From: Microcystaceae cyanobacterium
Lineage (GTDB): Bacteria > Cyanobacteriota > Cyanobacteriia > Cyanobacteriales > Microcystaceae
Reading direction: 5' to 3'
Assembly (NCBI GenBank): GCA_041746575.1
Contig: JBGTGT010000113.1
Coordinates: 1 to 64,000 of the forward strand
DNA: 64,000 nucleotides
Below, piece by piece: positions 1-9,429 of the stretch. The position numbers and the translations under genes were made by a program. The number at the start of each line of letters is the position of its first letter. The stretch's first letter is position 1. Below the pieces are notes generated by a model. It was given only the letters and a program-made list of their open reading frames with translations, was not told the DNA's origin and made no database searches.

Positions 1-141
1 TTTTTCTTGTCTAAGCAGTTGTTTGAGTTCTGCTTCGCTTTCTGATATGTCTATCCGATAAACTCCTGCCATATTTTTTCTTGAACTCTCCTTAGATATA
101 ATCTACACTATCTGTAGTCAAAATTTCAAGAATTGGTATTA
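1..141 (-). mobile_element. IS630-family insertion sequence: left end and transposase N-terminus (truncated by window edge)
   Basis: Minus-strand ATG at 72 gives MAGVYRIDISESEAELKQLLRQEK, recognised as a cyanobacterial IS630-type transposase start. Plus strand ...AATTGGTAT (131-139) is followed by TA (140-141), consistent with an IS630 end and TA target. The other end is outside the window. Confidence 0.7.
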
Positions 142-297
142 CAAATATCGTTGCTTCAACCGAAGATAGACAAACCACCCATTTTACAACAGAAGAATCT
201 ATCATTTTATGAACGATTAGAAGTGATGAAAACTATCGTAGTACCCAACACTTATTGATGAAACTCGACTCTTTGCATAGATACTGTAAACTGAAAA

Positions 298-2043
298 TTA
301 AGCTTCTTCCTCGAACTGCTGAGCATAAAATTGAGCATAACGTCCTTCTTTCGCCAATAATTCGCTATGATTGCCGGATTCTATTATTTGTCCTCCTTCT
401 AAGACGAGGATATTATCCGCTTTGCGTACTGTACTCAAACGATGGGCAATAATAAACACCGTTCTGTCAATCATAACTCTTTCGAGGGCTTCCTGCACCA
501 ATGCTTCTGATTCCGAGTCAAGGGCTGATGTGGCTTCATCTAACACCAGAATACGAGGATTTAAGAACACAGCACGGGCGATCGCAATCCGTTGACGTTG
601 TCCTCCTGATAGGTTAACCCCCCGTTCTCCTACCCAAGTACAATAACCTTGAGATAATTGACTGATAAAATTATGGGCGTTGGCAATCTTAGCGGCAGCT
701 TCCACCGCTTGTAAATCGAAGTCAATTTGACCATAAGCGACGTTTTGGGCAATTGTTCCGGAAAAAAGCGTTGTATCTTGAGGAACTGTACCAATTTGGT
801 GCCGCAGACTGGTTAAAGTAACCTCCCGAATATCTAATCCGTCAATCAAGATTTGTCCTTGTTGAGGATCATAAAAACGAGAGAGTAAGTTAATAATCGT
901 GGTTTTTCCTGCACCAGAATGACCAACAAGAGCAATAATTTCCCCAGGAGAAGCAATGAAGCTTAAATCTTGTAGAACGGGTTGATTCTTATGATAACCA
1001 AAAGTAACATGATTGTACTCGACTTTTCCTGTAATATCGGTTAACGTAATAGCATTGTCTTTCTCTGGTAATAAAGGTTGAATATCTAATAACTCAAAGA
1101 CGCGATCAACAGATGCCTCTGTTTGTTTAAACTCATTATAATTACTGGTGACTAAATCGATGGGTTGCAATAATAAAGCCACTGCCGCTAAGTAACTAAT
1201 AAATGCTTGAGGGGTTAATTGATTTTGAGAAATTTGCCAACCCCCAATTAAGAAAAGAATCATAATACTGATAGCTTCTAAAAATCCAACGACGGGATAT
1301 TGAGTCGCTTTCAAACTTTCGGCGCGGTATTTTGCTTGACGATTGTGTTCAGCTTGTTGAGAAAAACGGCTCACTTCATAATCAGATGCGGCAAAGGCTT
1401 GTACGACTCGAATTCCACTAAAAACTTCAGTTAATAATGAGGCTAAATTAGAAATTTGATTTTGACTTTTATGGGATAATATTAACAATCTTCTGCCAAA
1501 TTCTCCGATTAACCAAGCCATCAAAGGAGCTAAAACTAAGCCAGCAATCGTTAATTGCCAATTAAGGAAAAACATATAAGCAGGAATAACAATTAGTTGC
1601 AAAGCACAGGAGAGAAACTGATGAGATAGTTTGTCGATAACTTCACCAATACGATCAATATCTTCCGTTAAACGATAGGTCAAATCTCCTGTTTTCGCTT
1701 GAGCGAAATAATCAAAACTTAGTTTATGTAAATGACGATAGACATTTTTTCTTAGGCTTAATGCCATATTTAAGGCCGCCGCAATCATCCAAATATTTTG
1801 ACCATATTGGAATGCCCCCCGTACCAAAAAAACAAGAGCGGCAATTCCTAACCAATAAGCAATTTTTTCGACATTTCCTGCTCCCATATATTGAGCAATT
1901 TTCCCTGTGATAAAAGGAAGTAACACCGTTGTTAATACAAAACCAAGAATACAGATAAACCCTTGTAAGAATAATCTCCAGTGAGGGTACATAAAGGGTA
2001 ATAGTTTCCAGTAGTTTGAGCGTTTTTGTTCTGTTTTTTTCAT
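298..2043 (-). CDS. ABC exporter, fused permease/ATPase (MsbA-like)
   Basis: TM domain, Walker A GHSGAGKT, signature LSGGQRQR, Walker B LVLDEAT. ATG at 2043 preferred over TTG 2109. Confidence 0.9.
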   Translation of the reverse strand: MKKTEQKRSNYWKLLPFMYPHWRLFLQGFICILGFVLTTVLLPFITGKIAQYMGAGNVEKIAYWLGIAALVFLVRGAFQYGQNIWMIAAALNMALSLRKNVYRHLHKLSFDYFAQAKTGDLTYRLTEDIDRIGEVIDKLSHQFLSCALQLIVIPAYMFFLNWQLTIAGLVLAPLMAWLIGEFGRRLLILSHKSQNQISNLASLLTEVFSGIRVVQAFAASDYEVSRFSQQAEHNRQAKYRAESLKATQYPVVGFLEAISIMILFLIGGWQISQNQLTPQAFISYLAAVALLLQPIDLVTSNYNEFKQTEASVDRVFELLDIQPLLPEKDNAITLTDITGKVEYNHVTFGYHKNQPVLQDLSFIASPGEIIALVGHSGAGKTTIINLLSRFYDPQQGQILIDGLDIREVTLTSLRHQIGTVPQDTTLFSGTIAQNVAYGQIDFDLQAVEAAAKIANAHNFISQLSQGYCTWVGERGVNLSGGQRQRIAIARAVFLNPRILVLDEATSALDSESEALVQEALERVMIDRTVFIIAHRLSTVRKADNILVLEGGQIIESGNHSELLAKEGRYAQFYAQQFEEEA

Positions 2044-2137
2044 CAGGTTTAGAGACTTAGTTTTGCGATAGATTGTATAAGTTAGAAATGAATTACTTTT
2101 CTGAATCAAAAATTTTAATTAAGGATTGCCGATCAGA

Positions 2138-2485
2138 TCAAGCCAAAAAGTTTTGCAAACCCTCTAAGATAGTCACAATCAGTCCGACTAAAACACTTCT
2201 ACTGACAAATTTTGGGGTTTTAAGATGTTTATCTAATTCGTAAAAACGTTCATCCATTTTATCCAATCTTCTATCAATTTTTTCTTCAAATTTATCTAGT
2301 TGTGTCTTAGTTTTCCGATCTAGTTGGTTGAATTGTGCTTCAAACTTTTCTTCTAGTTGATCCAGTTTAACTTCAAACTTTTTATCTAAGTGAGTTTTGC
2401 GATTATCAATTTTATCCAGTTTTTGATCAATCTGACTGAAGACTTTACCGAATTCTGTTGTAGTCGTAATTGGAGAATTAGACAT
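2138..2485 (-). CDS. Small coiled-coil repeat protein with C-terminal TM anchor, C-terminus probably frameshifted
   Basis: Heptad-like LDK/FEEK repeats, hydrophobic tail; see finding on 3' lesions. Confidence 0.65.
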   Translation of the reverse strand: MSNSPITTTTEFGKVFSQIDQKLDKIDNRKTHLDKKFEVKLDQLEEKFEAQFNQLDRKTKTQLDKFEEKIDRRLDKMDERFYELDKHLKTPKFVSRSVLVGLIVTILEGLQNFLA

Positions 2486-2568
2486 TGTTTTTGATTTAAA
2501 AGAATTTTGCTAAAGGGTTGGGATGTCAAGTTTCAGATTTGACAATCCTAAAGAATAACTCTTCACTA

Positions 2569-3759
2569 TTAACTATCTAAGTAGTCTAGCAAAGTTTGGC
2601 TAATTCTTAAGGATGCGCCTGACGTACCTAATCTTTCTTGTCCATTTTTAAGACAGTTTTCTAAATAATCAGTATTCGCTAACGTTTTCGCTACAACTTG
2701 CGCCGCTTCTTTTAATATCTTTAAATCAGCCGGTTTTGTACCAACGGTTTGAGCCGATAATCCCAAAAGACGAGTCTGCGCTTCTGCGAAAGCGTAAGTA
2801 AACTGAGGACCTTCTCCCGGCACTTGAATGACAGGTTTTCCCAATGCTACCGCTTGATCTACTGCCAATCCTGCCATTCCTAATACTAAATCTGTTTGAT
2901 GTAAAATATCACTAAAGGCATCGCTGTAACAAATTACTTCTATTTTTGGTGAATTGAAGATTAATTTATTATTATTTATTATGAATCTTGTTTCTTCGGC
3001 AATTTCTTCTATTTTCTCCATCAGACGAGGGACTAAAGCCGCCCGAAACTGTATTTTATCTTCTCCCATAACGTTAACAATCTCTTGTGTCCATTGCAAT
3101 TGAAGTTTAAAGTTACGAATCGCTTCGGGTAAACGGGATCCCGGTAATAAGGCAAGCATGGGAATCGCTGGGTTAAGTTGTAAATCTTTACCAGCAGGAG
3201 ACAATTTATCTAAAGAAGGAATTCCTCCAAATTTTGCTTTTTTAAAGCCTTTTTTAACCAAATCTTCGGCAGTATAGGGATCACGAGTAAAGACATTAAG
3301 ACAACGAGGCGATCGCAATACATGACGAATAATCGGACCTAAATACAACGATCCTTCATATAAAGCAGAAAGACAAGAAATAAAAGAAACAAAAGGACGA
3401 TAAGTCAAATAAGCAAAAGACTGAGATGTCGTATCTCCAGTAGCCATAATTAAATCACATCGAGGAGCATAGTCCAAAACGGCTTGTAGTTGCCGCCACG
3501 TTAAGCCAATTAAGCCCGATTGAATATCTTTCAATAACTGTAAGCGATCCATATAAGAAAAGCCACCAGAAGGCATATTTTGAGTAGGACCAATAATCGG
3601 GATATTCAGACGACGATAGGCATTTCCTTCGCCAATTAGCGGCATAGCAGCGATATTGAGGGATGGACGCAATTCTAGAAGTGTTTGGATAATATAGGAG
3701 GAGTGATTGTCCTCGCCATGACCATTACTAATAAACAGGAGACGCTGGGCGGATGACAT
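2569..3759 (-). CDS. Lipid-A-disaccharide synthase-related protein (LpxB-like, GT-B fold)
   Basis: SNGHGED, MPSGGF, LLPGSR and GPQFTYAFAEAQ motifs. Confidence 0.8.
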   Translation of the reverse strand: MSSAQRLLFISNGHGEDNHSSYIIQTLLELRPSLNIAAMPLIGEGNAYRRLNIPIIGPTQNMPSGGFSYMDRLQLLKDIQSGLIGLTWRQLQAVLDYAPRCDLIMATGDTTSQSFAYLTYRPFVSFISCLSALYEGSLYLGPIIRHVLRSPRCLNVFTRDPYTAEDLVKKGFKKAKFGGIPSLDKLSPAGKDLQLNPAIPMLALLPGSRLPEAIRNFKLQLQWTQEIVNVMGEDKIQFRAALVPRLMEKIEEIAEETRFIINNNKLIFNSPKIEVICYSDAFSDILHQTDLVLGMAGLAVDQAVALGKPVIQVPGEGPQFTYAFAEAQTRLLGLSAQTVGTKPADLKILKEAAQVVAKTLANTDYLENCLKNGQERLGTSGASLRISQTLLDYLDS

Positions 3760-3844
3760 AGAAACTCAGTTATTTTAAGATGAATTAGGCATCAATTTAT
3801 TATCAGGGATTCAGTCCCTTATCACAACCAAAATTTTATTTTTT

Positions 3845-4309
3845 ATGTCTGCGATGCAAACCCTTGAACAATCTATTGTTATTAAAGCGAGTGCCATTAT
3901 TGTTGAACGATGTATCACGGATTTAGACTTAATGCATCGTTGGTTAAATCCCCTTTTACAATGTAATCCTATCGGTCAATGGTCAACCGAAGTAGGGGGA
4001 AAAAGTCGTTTTATGATCAAAGTTCCCTTGATAAAACCCACGCTTAAGAGTGTCGTGATTGAACGAGAACCGGGATTAATTGTTTGGTCATTTGATGGCT
4101 TTTTTCAGGGATGCGATCGATGGGAATGTCACCCCACGATTAACGGCACAAAATTAATCAACCGTTTTGAATTTTCGATTCCCAATCCACTCGTTCAATG
4201 GGGATTTAATCAGTTTGCTTCTCGCTGGACAAACCAAGATATGCAAGCGCAATTAAGACGATTAAAACGGGTTGCAGAAGAAATCTATCAACTCGAATGT
4301 TCACAATAG
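3845..4309 (+). CDS. SRPBCC/polyketide cyclase-like family protein
   Basis: 154 aa; LMHRWLNP, GFFQGCDRWEC and C-terminal helix QLRRLKRVAE. Confidence 0.75.
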   Translation: MSAMQTLEQSIVIKASAIIVERCITDLDLMHRWLNPLLQCNPIGQWSTEVGGKSRFMIKVPLIKPTLKSVVIEREPGLIVWSFDGFFQGCDRWECHPTINGTKLINRFEFSIPNPLVQWGFNQFASRWTNQDMQAQLRRLKRVAEEIYQLECSQ

Positions 4310-4341
4310 AGGTTGTTAGTCAACAAGAAATTTTCAGTCCC

Positions 4342-7300
4342 TTACCGATGAATCGCCGAATTGCTGAAACCTTGAGTTCGGTCTGATTTTTTTAACCAAG
4401 GACGACGTAACCATTGATAGAAATTATAAATATAAGAAAAGACCACGGGAACAACCACTAAAGTCAGCAACGTAGAGGTGGTTAATCCCCCAATCACCGC
4501 AATAGCCATCGGACTTCGGACTTCCCCATCTGCACCTAAACCGAGGGCAATCGGCATCATTCCCGCAATCGTCGAAAGGGTCGTCATAATAATCGGACGA
4601 AAACGGGATACACCTGCCTCTAGTAGGACATGAAACAGTTTTTTCCCCTCATTGGTTGCAACTAGAGCAAAATCTACCAATAAAATCGCATTTTTGGTCA
4701 CTAATCCCATCAGTAAAACAATGCCAATCAGGGCAAACAAGGCCAGTTCCTTTTGCGCTATCATCAAGCCAAGTAAAGCTCCGCCGATAGACAAGGGCAT
4801 AGAGACCATAATTGCGAAAGGATAGAGAAAATTGCTATAAAGTAGTACTAAAATGGCATAAATCGCTAATACAGCAAGACCCAACGCACTGCCGAAACGA
4901 CTAAAAATATCCCGCATGATTTTGGCATCACCAAAGGGAATTTCTTTGACATCTGGCGGCAAAGGAGTCATGGCAGGAAGGGAACGAACTTGAGTTAAAG
5001 CGTCTCCAAGCGCGATTCCTTGTAGATTTCCGCCGATTTCGACTTGACGACTTCGATCAAAGCGTTTTATCTCCGCCGGACCACTGCCTAGGCGAATATT
5101 AGCCACCGCACTTAGGGGAACCAGTGTTCCTTGAGAACCGGGAATACGTAAATTACGAATCGTATCAATATCTTCCCGCTCGCCGGATTGAATTTTGACC
5201 CGTATGGGAATTTGACGGTCAGGGAGGTTGAATTTAGCTAGATTGAAGGCATTATCTCCCAAAAACGCTAGAGATGCAGTACGAGCAATCGATTGTACCG
5301 ATACGCCCAAGTCCGCCGCCCGTACTGGGTCAGGTTCGATGACGATTTCGGGCTTAACAAGGCTTACGCTAGAAGTAACATCCGTTAATCCGGGCAAAGC
5401 TCGCATTTGCTCCTCTAAAGCAGTGGCCGTGCTGGTTAAGGATTGAGGATTTTCACTGGTCAACAAAATAGAAACATCCTTACTACTTCCGCCTGCCCCG
5501 CGACTAGCAAAGCTCACCCTTGCGCCCGGAATCTGTTGAAAAGTTGGCCGCATTTCCGTTTCAAATTCTTTGAGAGAGACTGTCCGTTCAGCTTTAGGGA
5601 TCAGTTTAACGTACATTGTGGCGGCTGTTACGCTTTCACTGCCAATATTTCCTAAGACAGAGCGCACCGCCGGATTTTTCTCTAATGCTTGACTGGCTCG
5701 CAAAACCACCCCTTCCGTTTCCTGTAAGGTTGAACCGGGGGGCAATTCCACGTTAACGGTACTTAATCCTTCATCACCTTCCGTAAATAACCCCTTAGGA
5801 ATATAAGGAACAAGTTGCAGGCTACCGATAAAAAAGACAAGAGCTAAAATCACTGTGATAATGCGGTGACGTAATGCCCACGTTAATAAACTGCGATAGG
5901 GGGTTATACGACGCTTAGAGGATGGACGGTGACCATTAACGTTCTCTTCTACCTGATTTTTGACTTTCGGCTTTAATAAATAAGCACTTAACATCGGTGT
6001 CATGGTAGTGGCTACCAAGGTGGAAAACATGGTCGAAACCGCCACTGTCACGCCAAACGGTTGGAAAAATTGCCCCGGAATTCCCCCCATAAACGCTACA
6101 GGTAAGAATACAGCCACAATCGTCGCTGTTGTTGCTACAATTGCCAAACCAATTTCTACTGCCCCATCCCACGCCGCCTGTCGAGGCATTTTGCCCATTT
6201 GCAGATGTTTATCGATATTTTCAATCATACAAATAGCATCATCTACCAAATTTCCGATCGCTAAAGCCAACCCCAACAAAGTCATGCCATTAAGGGTGTA
6301 ACCCAAGGATTTCATTACCCAAAAAGTGGGTATAATAGATAAAGGTAACGCCATACCCGTAATCAGAGTGGCGCGCCAATCCCGAAGGAAGATTCCCACT
6401 ACCAACACCGTTAATACACATCCGGCAATCAGGGCATCAATCGTCCCTTTGTAGGTTTCTTTGATATAGCCGGCGCGGGTAAAAATTAATTCAAATTGAA
6501 TATCTTGGGGCAATTCTTTATGTAATCTCTCAATTTCTTGCCTGACTGCTTCTTCGACCACCGTTAAGGTACTGCCTGTACTGCGTAGCACTGAAAAACC
6601 GACCACAGGTTTCCCATTCAAAAAGGCCGACTGTCGCGGATCTTCATAACTATCTTGGACTTCTCCTAAATTAAAAAGAGAAACCGTGTCGCCATTATTC
6701 AGAATAATGGGATAATTCCGTAAATTATTAACCGTTTCCGCACTGCCTAAGGTTCGCACATTTTGTTCACCCCCGCCAATTTCTGCTCGTCCCCCCGATA
6801 AATTAATATTAAAATTGCGAATCTGATCATTGACTTCAGTGGCGGTAATACCGTAAGCTAATAGACGACTGGGTTCTAAATCAACCCGAATTTCCCGATT
6901 GACGCCCCCTACTCGATTAACTTGGGCTACCCCTTCAATATTTAATAAGGTGCGACTGATTCGCCGATCTACCAAATCACTGAGATATTCCACGCTACGC
7001 TGGTCGGAAGCCACTGCATAGGTCACGATTGCCCCCCCAGCGAACTCTACCTTCTCAACAGTGGGATCATTGATATCTTGGGGCAAATCTTGGCGGATTT
7101 GAGCGATCGCATTTCTGACATCGTTGGTGGCTTGATCACTATCCGTTCCCAAGAGAAAGAGAATGGTCGTCACTGTTTTACCATCCGTTACGTTGGAGGC
7201 AATACTGTCAATATTGCCCAATCCTGCCACTGCATCTTCAACTTTTTTCGTGACTTGAGTTTCTAATTCTGTTGGACCTGCCCCCTGTTGCGTTACCGTT

Positions 7301-7446
7301 ATCATAACGGTCGGAACATCAATATTTGGATTATTATCAATTCCTAAGCCTAAAAAAGAGAGAATCCCTACAATCCCTAGAACGAGAAAAGTAACCAGAA
7401 CAGCGACCGGATTTTTGATTGACCAAGTGGATAAATGGAATGACAT
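4342..7446 (-). CDS. RND efflux permease (AcrB/AcrD/AcrF family)
   Basis: 1034 aa; GNLVDDAI, GLVTKNAILLVD and RFRPIIMTT motifs. No MFP gene adjacent. Confidence 0.92.
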   Translation of the reverse strand: MSFHLSTWSIKNPVAVLVTFLVLGIVGILSFLGLGIDNNPNIDVPTVMITVTQQGAGPTELETQVTKKVEDAVAGLGNIDSIASNVTDGKTVTTILFLLGTDSDQATNDVRNAIAQIRQDLPQDINDPTVEKVEFAGGAIVTYAVASDQRSVEYLSDLVDRRISRTLLNIEGVAQVNRVGGVNREIRVDLEPSRLLAYGITATEVNDQIRNFNINLSGGRAEIGGGEQNVRTLGSAETVNNLRNYPIILNNGDTVSLFNLGEVQDSYEDPRQSAFLNGKPVVGFSVLRSTGSTLTVVEEAVRQEIERLHKELPQDIQFELIFTRAGYIKETYKGTIDALIAGCVLTVLVVGIFLRDWRATLITGMALPLSIIPTFWVMKSLGYTLNGMTLLGLALAIGNLVDDAICMIENIDKHLQMGKMPRQAAWDGAVEIGLAIVATTATIVAVFLPVAFMGGIPGQFFQPFGVTVAVSTMFSTLVATTMTPMLSAYLLKPKVKNQVEENVNGHRPSSKRRITPYRSLLTWALRHRIITVILALVFFIGSLQLVPYIPKGLFTEGDEGLSTVNVELPPGSTLQETEGVVLRASQALEKNPAVRSVLGNIGSESVTAATMYVKLIPKAERTVSLKEFETEMRPTFQQIPGARVSFASRGAGGSSKDVSILLTSENPQSLTSTATALEEQMRALPGLTDVTSSVSLVKPEIVIEPDPVRAADLGVSVQSIARTASLAFLGDNAFNLAKFNLPDRQIPIRVKIQSGEREDIDTIRNLRIPGSQGTLVPLSAVANIRLGSGPAEIKRFDRSRQVEIGGNLQGIALGDALTQVRSLPAMTPLPPDVKEIPFGDAKIMRDIFSRFGSALGLAVLAIYAILVLLYSNFLYPFAIMVSMPLSIGGALLGLMIAQKELALFALIGIVLLMGLVTKNAILLVDFALVATNEGKKLFHVLLEAGVSRFRPIIMTTLSTIAGMMPIALGLGADGEVRSPMAIAVIGGLTTSTLLTLVVVPVVFSYIYNFYQWLRRPWLKKSDRTQGFSNSAIHR

Positions 7447-7592
7447 GATTTTTAATATCAGATTTTAGGGATCAGCTAGAGAAAAAAAATAACTTACTCA
7501 TGACCAATATAACGAAGACTGAACACTGACTTCCTCTTTTCCCTTTTCGCTACTTTGTAAACCCCATTGAGAATTATTGCGGGTTATATAGC

Positions 7593-7622
7593 AAAAAGGA
7601 TCCTCAGTAGGGAGAACCCTTT
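7593..7622 (-). terminator. Intrinsic terminator downstream of pirA
   Basis: Minus strand AAAGGGTTCTC-CCTACT-GAGGATCCTTT followed by T residues. Confidence 0.65.
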
Positions 7623-7645
7623 AAAAAATTAAGTAATCTGACGAA

Positions 7646-7792
7646 TTATTGACCGTAGTAACGTTTTTCGGCTTCTAATTGCTTAATGAGAAGGATATTA
7701 CCCGTATCATTAGCGGTTGCCAAACGATGCTCCCAACTTTTGACCAGATTATCACGATGCACTTTTTGGGCGGTTTTAGATAGATTTGTCAT
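7646..7792 (-). CDS. pirA: PII-interacting regulator of arginine synthesis PirA homolog (48 aa)
   Basis: MTNLSKTAQKVHRDNLVKSWEHRLATANDTGNILLIKQLEAEKRYYGQ fits the PirA pattern HR.N....L.HRL..A...GN..L..QLEAE..YY; SD AGGGAG upstream. Confidence 0.75.
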   Translation of the reverse strand: MTNLSKTAQKVHRDNLVKSWEHRLATANDTGNILLIKQLEAEKRYYGQ

Positions 7793-7811
7793 AGTAATAG
7801 CGTCTCCCTGC

Positions 7812-7955
7812 TTATTCTTGTCCAATTTCTTCTGAAGAGCGTTGCAACATAGATAATTGACGATTCTGTTGCGATGCACGATGTTGGCGCATCAGAAAAC
7901 GCGCTTGACGATTAATCGGACGTAAAGACTGGGTGGGTTGATTTTGGAAATTCAT
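7812..7955 (-). CDS. Glutamine synthetase inactivating factor-like micro-protein (IF7-like, 47 aa)
   Basis: Manual translation MNFQNQPTQSLRPINRQARFLMRQHRASQQNRQLSMLQRSSEEIGQE contains the IF7 core QAR.LM..H....NRQ.SML.R...EIG; SD GAGGTG 6 nt upstream. Confidence 0.8.
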   Translation of the reverse strand: MNFQNQPTQSLRPINRQARFLMRQHRASQQNRQLSMLQRSSEEIGQE

Positions 7956-7987
7956 AAAATTCACCTCTTATGGTTTGTAGATCACCT

Positions 7988-8049
7988 GAGGTGCGTTCCT
8001 TCGGAAGATAAACTTCCTACTGCCGTCTGTACTGAACAGATGAACGATT
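7988..8049 (-). ncRNA. Glutamine riboswitch (glnA RNA motif)
   Basis: Minus strand AUCGUUC-AUCUGU-UCAGU-ACAGAC-GGCAGUA-GGAAG-UUUAU-CUUCC-GAAG-GAACG-CACCUC: P1, P2, P3 and E-loop AGUA/GAA; lies upstream of an IF-like gene. Confidence 0.88.
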
Positions 8050-8070
8050 TATCCTTATTTGCCTATTACT

Positions 8071-8079
8071 AATATAACA
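8071..8079 (-). promoter_or_regulatory. Extended -10 element for the riboswitch transcript
   Basis: Minus strand TGTTATATT about 22 nt upstream of the aptamer. Confidence 0.5.
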
Positions 8080-8236
8080 GATGATCGCTTTTTTCGGGGT
8101 ACGGTTTTCCGATGATTGAATCAACAAGCGTTTTTTTGATCATTTGTGCTTATCTTTTTTTCTTGCCAATTTAATCCGTTACCCTATTAGAAAATCCTGT
8201 ACTCTTTGCCTTTCTACATCAATGCTGTACCTCAGT

Positions 8237-9205
8237 CTAGTTAGACAGTTCTAACATTCGTTGAATCGGACGTAAAGCTCTCTGTTGAATAGCAGATGGA
8301 ATGGTAATTTCTGGGGTTTTATTTTTCATGGCTAAATATAACTTTTCGAGGGTATTGAGTCGCATATAAGGACACTCATTACAGTTACAGTTATTAATCG
8401 AGGGAGCAGGAATAAATCGCTTATTGGGGGCTTCTTTTTGCATTTGATGAATAATTCCTGGTTCAGTCGCTACAATAAAGATATTTTGCTCACTTTGTAA
8501 ACTGTATTTCAATAAAGCGGTGGTTGACCCAATATAATCAGCATGATTTAAAACCGTTTCTTCGCACTCAGGATGGGCAATAATTTCGGCTTCAGGATGG
8601 GTTATTTTTAGCTGAACAATTTGCTTTTCTGAGAAGGTTTCGTGGACAATACAACTTCCTTGCCATAAAACCAACTCTCTACCCGTTTTTTCCATCACAT
8701 AACGTCCTAAATTGCGATCTGGCGCGAAAATAATCGGTTGATCTTCAGGAATTTGTTTAACAATTTTGACCGCATTAGAACTGGTGCAAATAATATCACT
8801 CATTGCTTTGATTTCTGCTGTGCAATTAATATAAGAAATCACCAAATGAGCGGGATAGTTTGCTTTGAATCGAGCAAATTCTGCGGGCGGACAACTATCG
8901 GCTAAAGAACATCCTGCGTCTAAATCAGGCAATAAAACTTGTTTATGGGGATTTAAAATTTTCGCCGTTTCCGCCATAAAGTGAACCCCCGCAAACACAA
9001 TCACATCCGCTTGGGTTTGAGCGGCTTGTTGGGAAAGTCCAAGGGAATCGCCAATGTAATCTGCAATGTCTTGAATGTCAGGGTCTTGGTAGTAATGCGC
9101 TAAGATAACGGCGTTTAGTTCTTGTTTTAATTCATTAATTGCCGAAAATAGGTCAAGAGGCAAATCGAGGGAGGAGGGAAAAGTCGGTCGAACAGTCGTA
9201 AACAC
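8237..9205 (-). CDS. nadA: Quinolinate synthase A
   Basis: [31 protein letters not shown] and CPYM motifs. Confidence 0.96.
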   Translation of the reverse strand: MFTTVRPTFPSSLDLPLDLFSAINELKQELNAVILAHYYQDPDIQDIADYIGDSLGLSQQAAQTQADVIVFAGVHFMAETAKILNPHKQVLLPDLDAGCSLADSCPPAEFARFKANYPAHLVISYINCTAEIKAMSDIICTSSNAVKIVKQIPEDQPIIFAPDRNLGRYVMEKTGRELVLWQGSCIVHETFSEKQIVQLKITHPEAEIIAHPECEETVLNHADYIGSTTALLKYSLQSEQNIFIVATEPGIIHQMQKEAPNKRFIPAPSINNCNCNECPYMRLNTLEKLYLAMKNKTPEITIPSAIQQRALRPIQRMLELSN

Positions 9206-9231
9206 CAGTCGTAAACACTCCTAAGCAAAAA

Positions 9232-9279
9232 TTATAGTTGTTTTTACCATTAATCTTATTATAGTTGATTTAACCAAAA
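9232..9279. promoter_or_regulatory. Two tandem NrtR-like operator sites upstream of nadA
   Basis: TTATAGT-N7-ACCATTA (9232-9252) and TTATAGT-N7-ACCAAAA (9259-9279), imperfect palindromes of the TTATAGT-N7-ACTATAA type. Confidence 0.65.
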
Positions 9280-9429
9280 TTGCCCACTGCTGGATAGGAT
9301 GAGGAGACGGGAAGAATTAAGGGATGGCTGTTTACGGTTTGACGAATTACTGTTTACAATGGAGAATCGGTTAATCTTATCTAGGATTTCCCTGTTCGTT
9401 AGTTCATTTTTCCACTAAGCTAATCTAGG

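Noticed and set aside
7793..7879. 77-aa ORF 7646..7879 from the ORF track
   Set aside because: Its N-terminal extension overlaps the IF-like gene in another frame; PirA similarity and an SD support ATG 7792.
8080..8125. NtcA site expected at a gif/pirA promoter
   Set aside because: Only a GTA half-site is present; no GTA-N8-TAC in either orientation.
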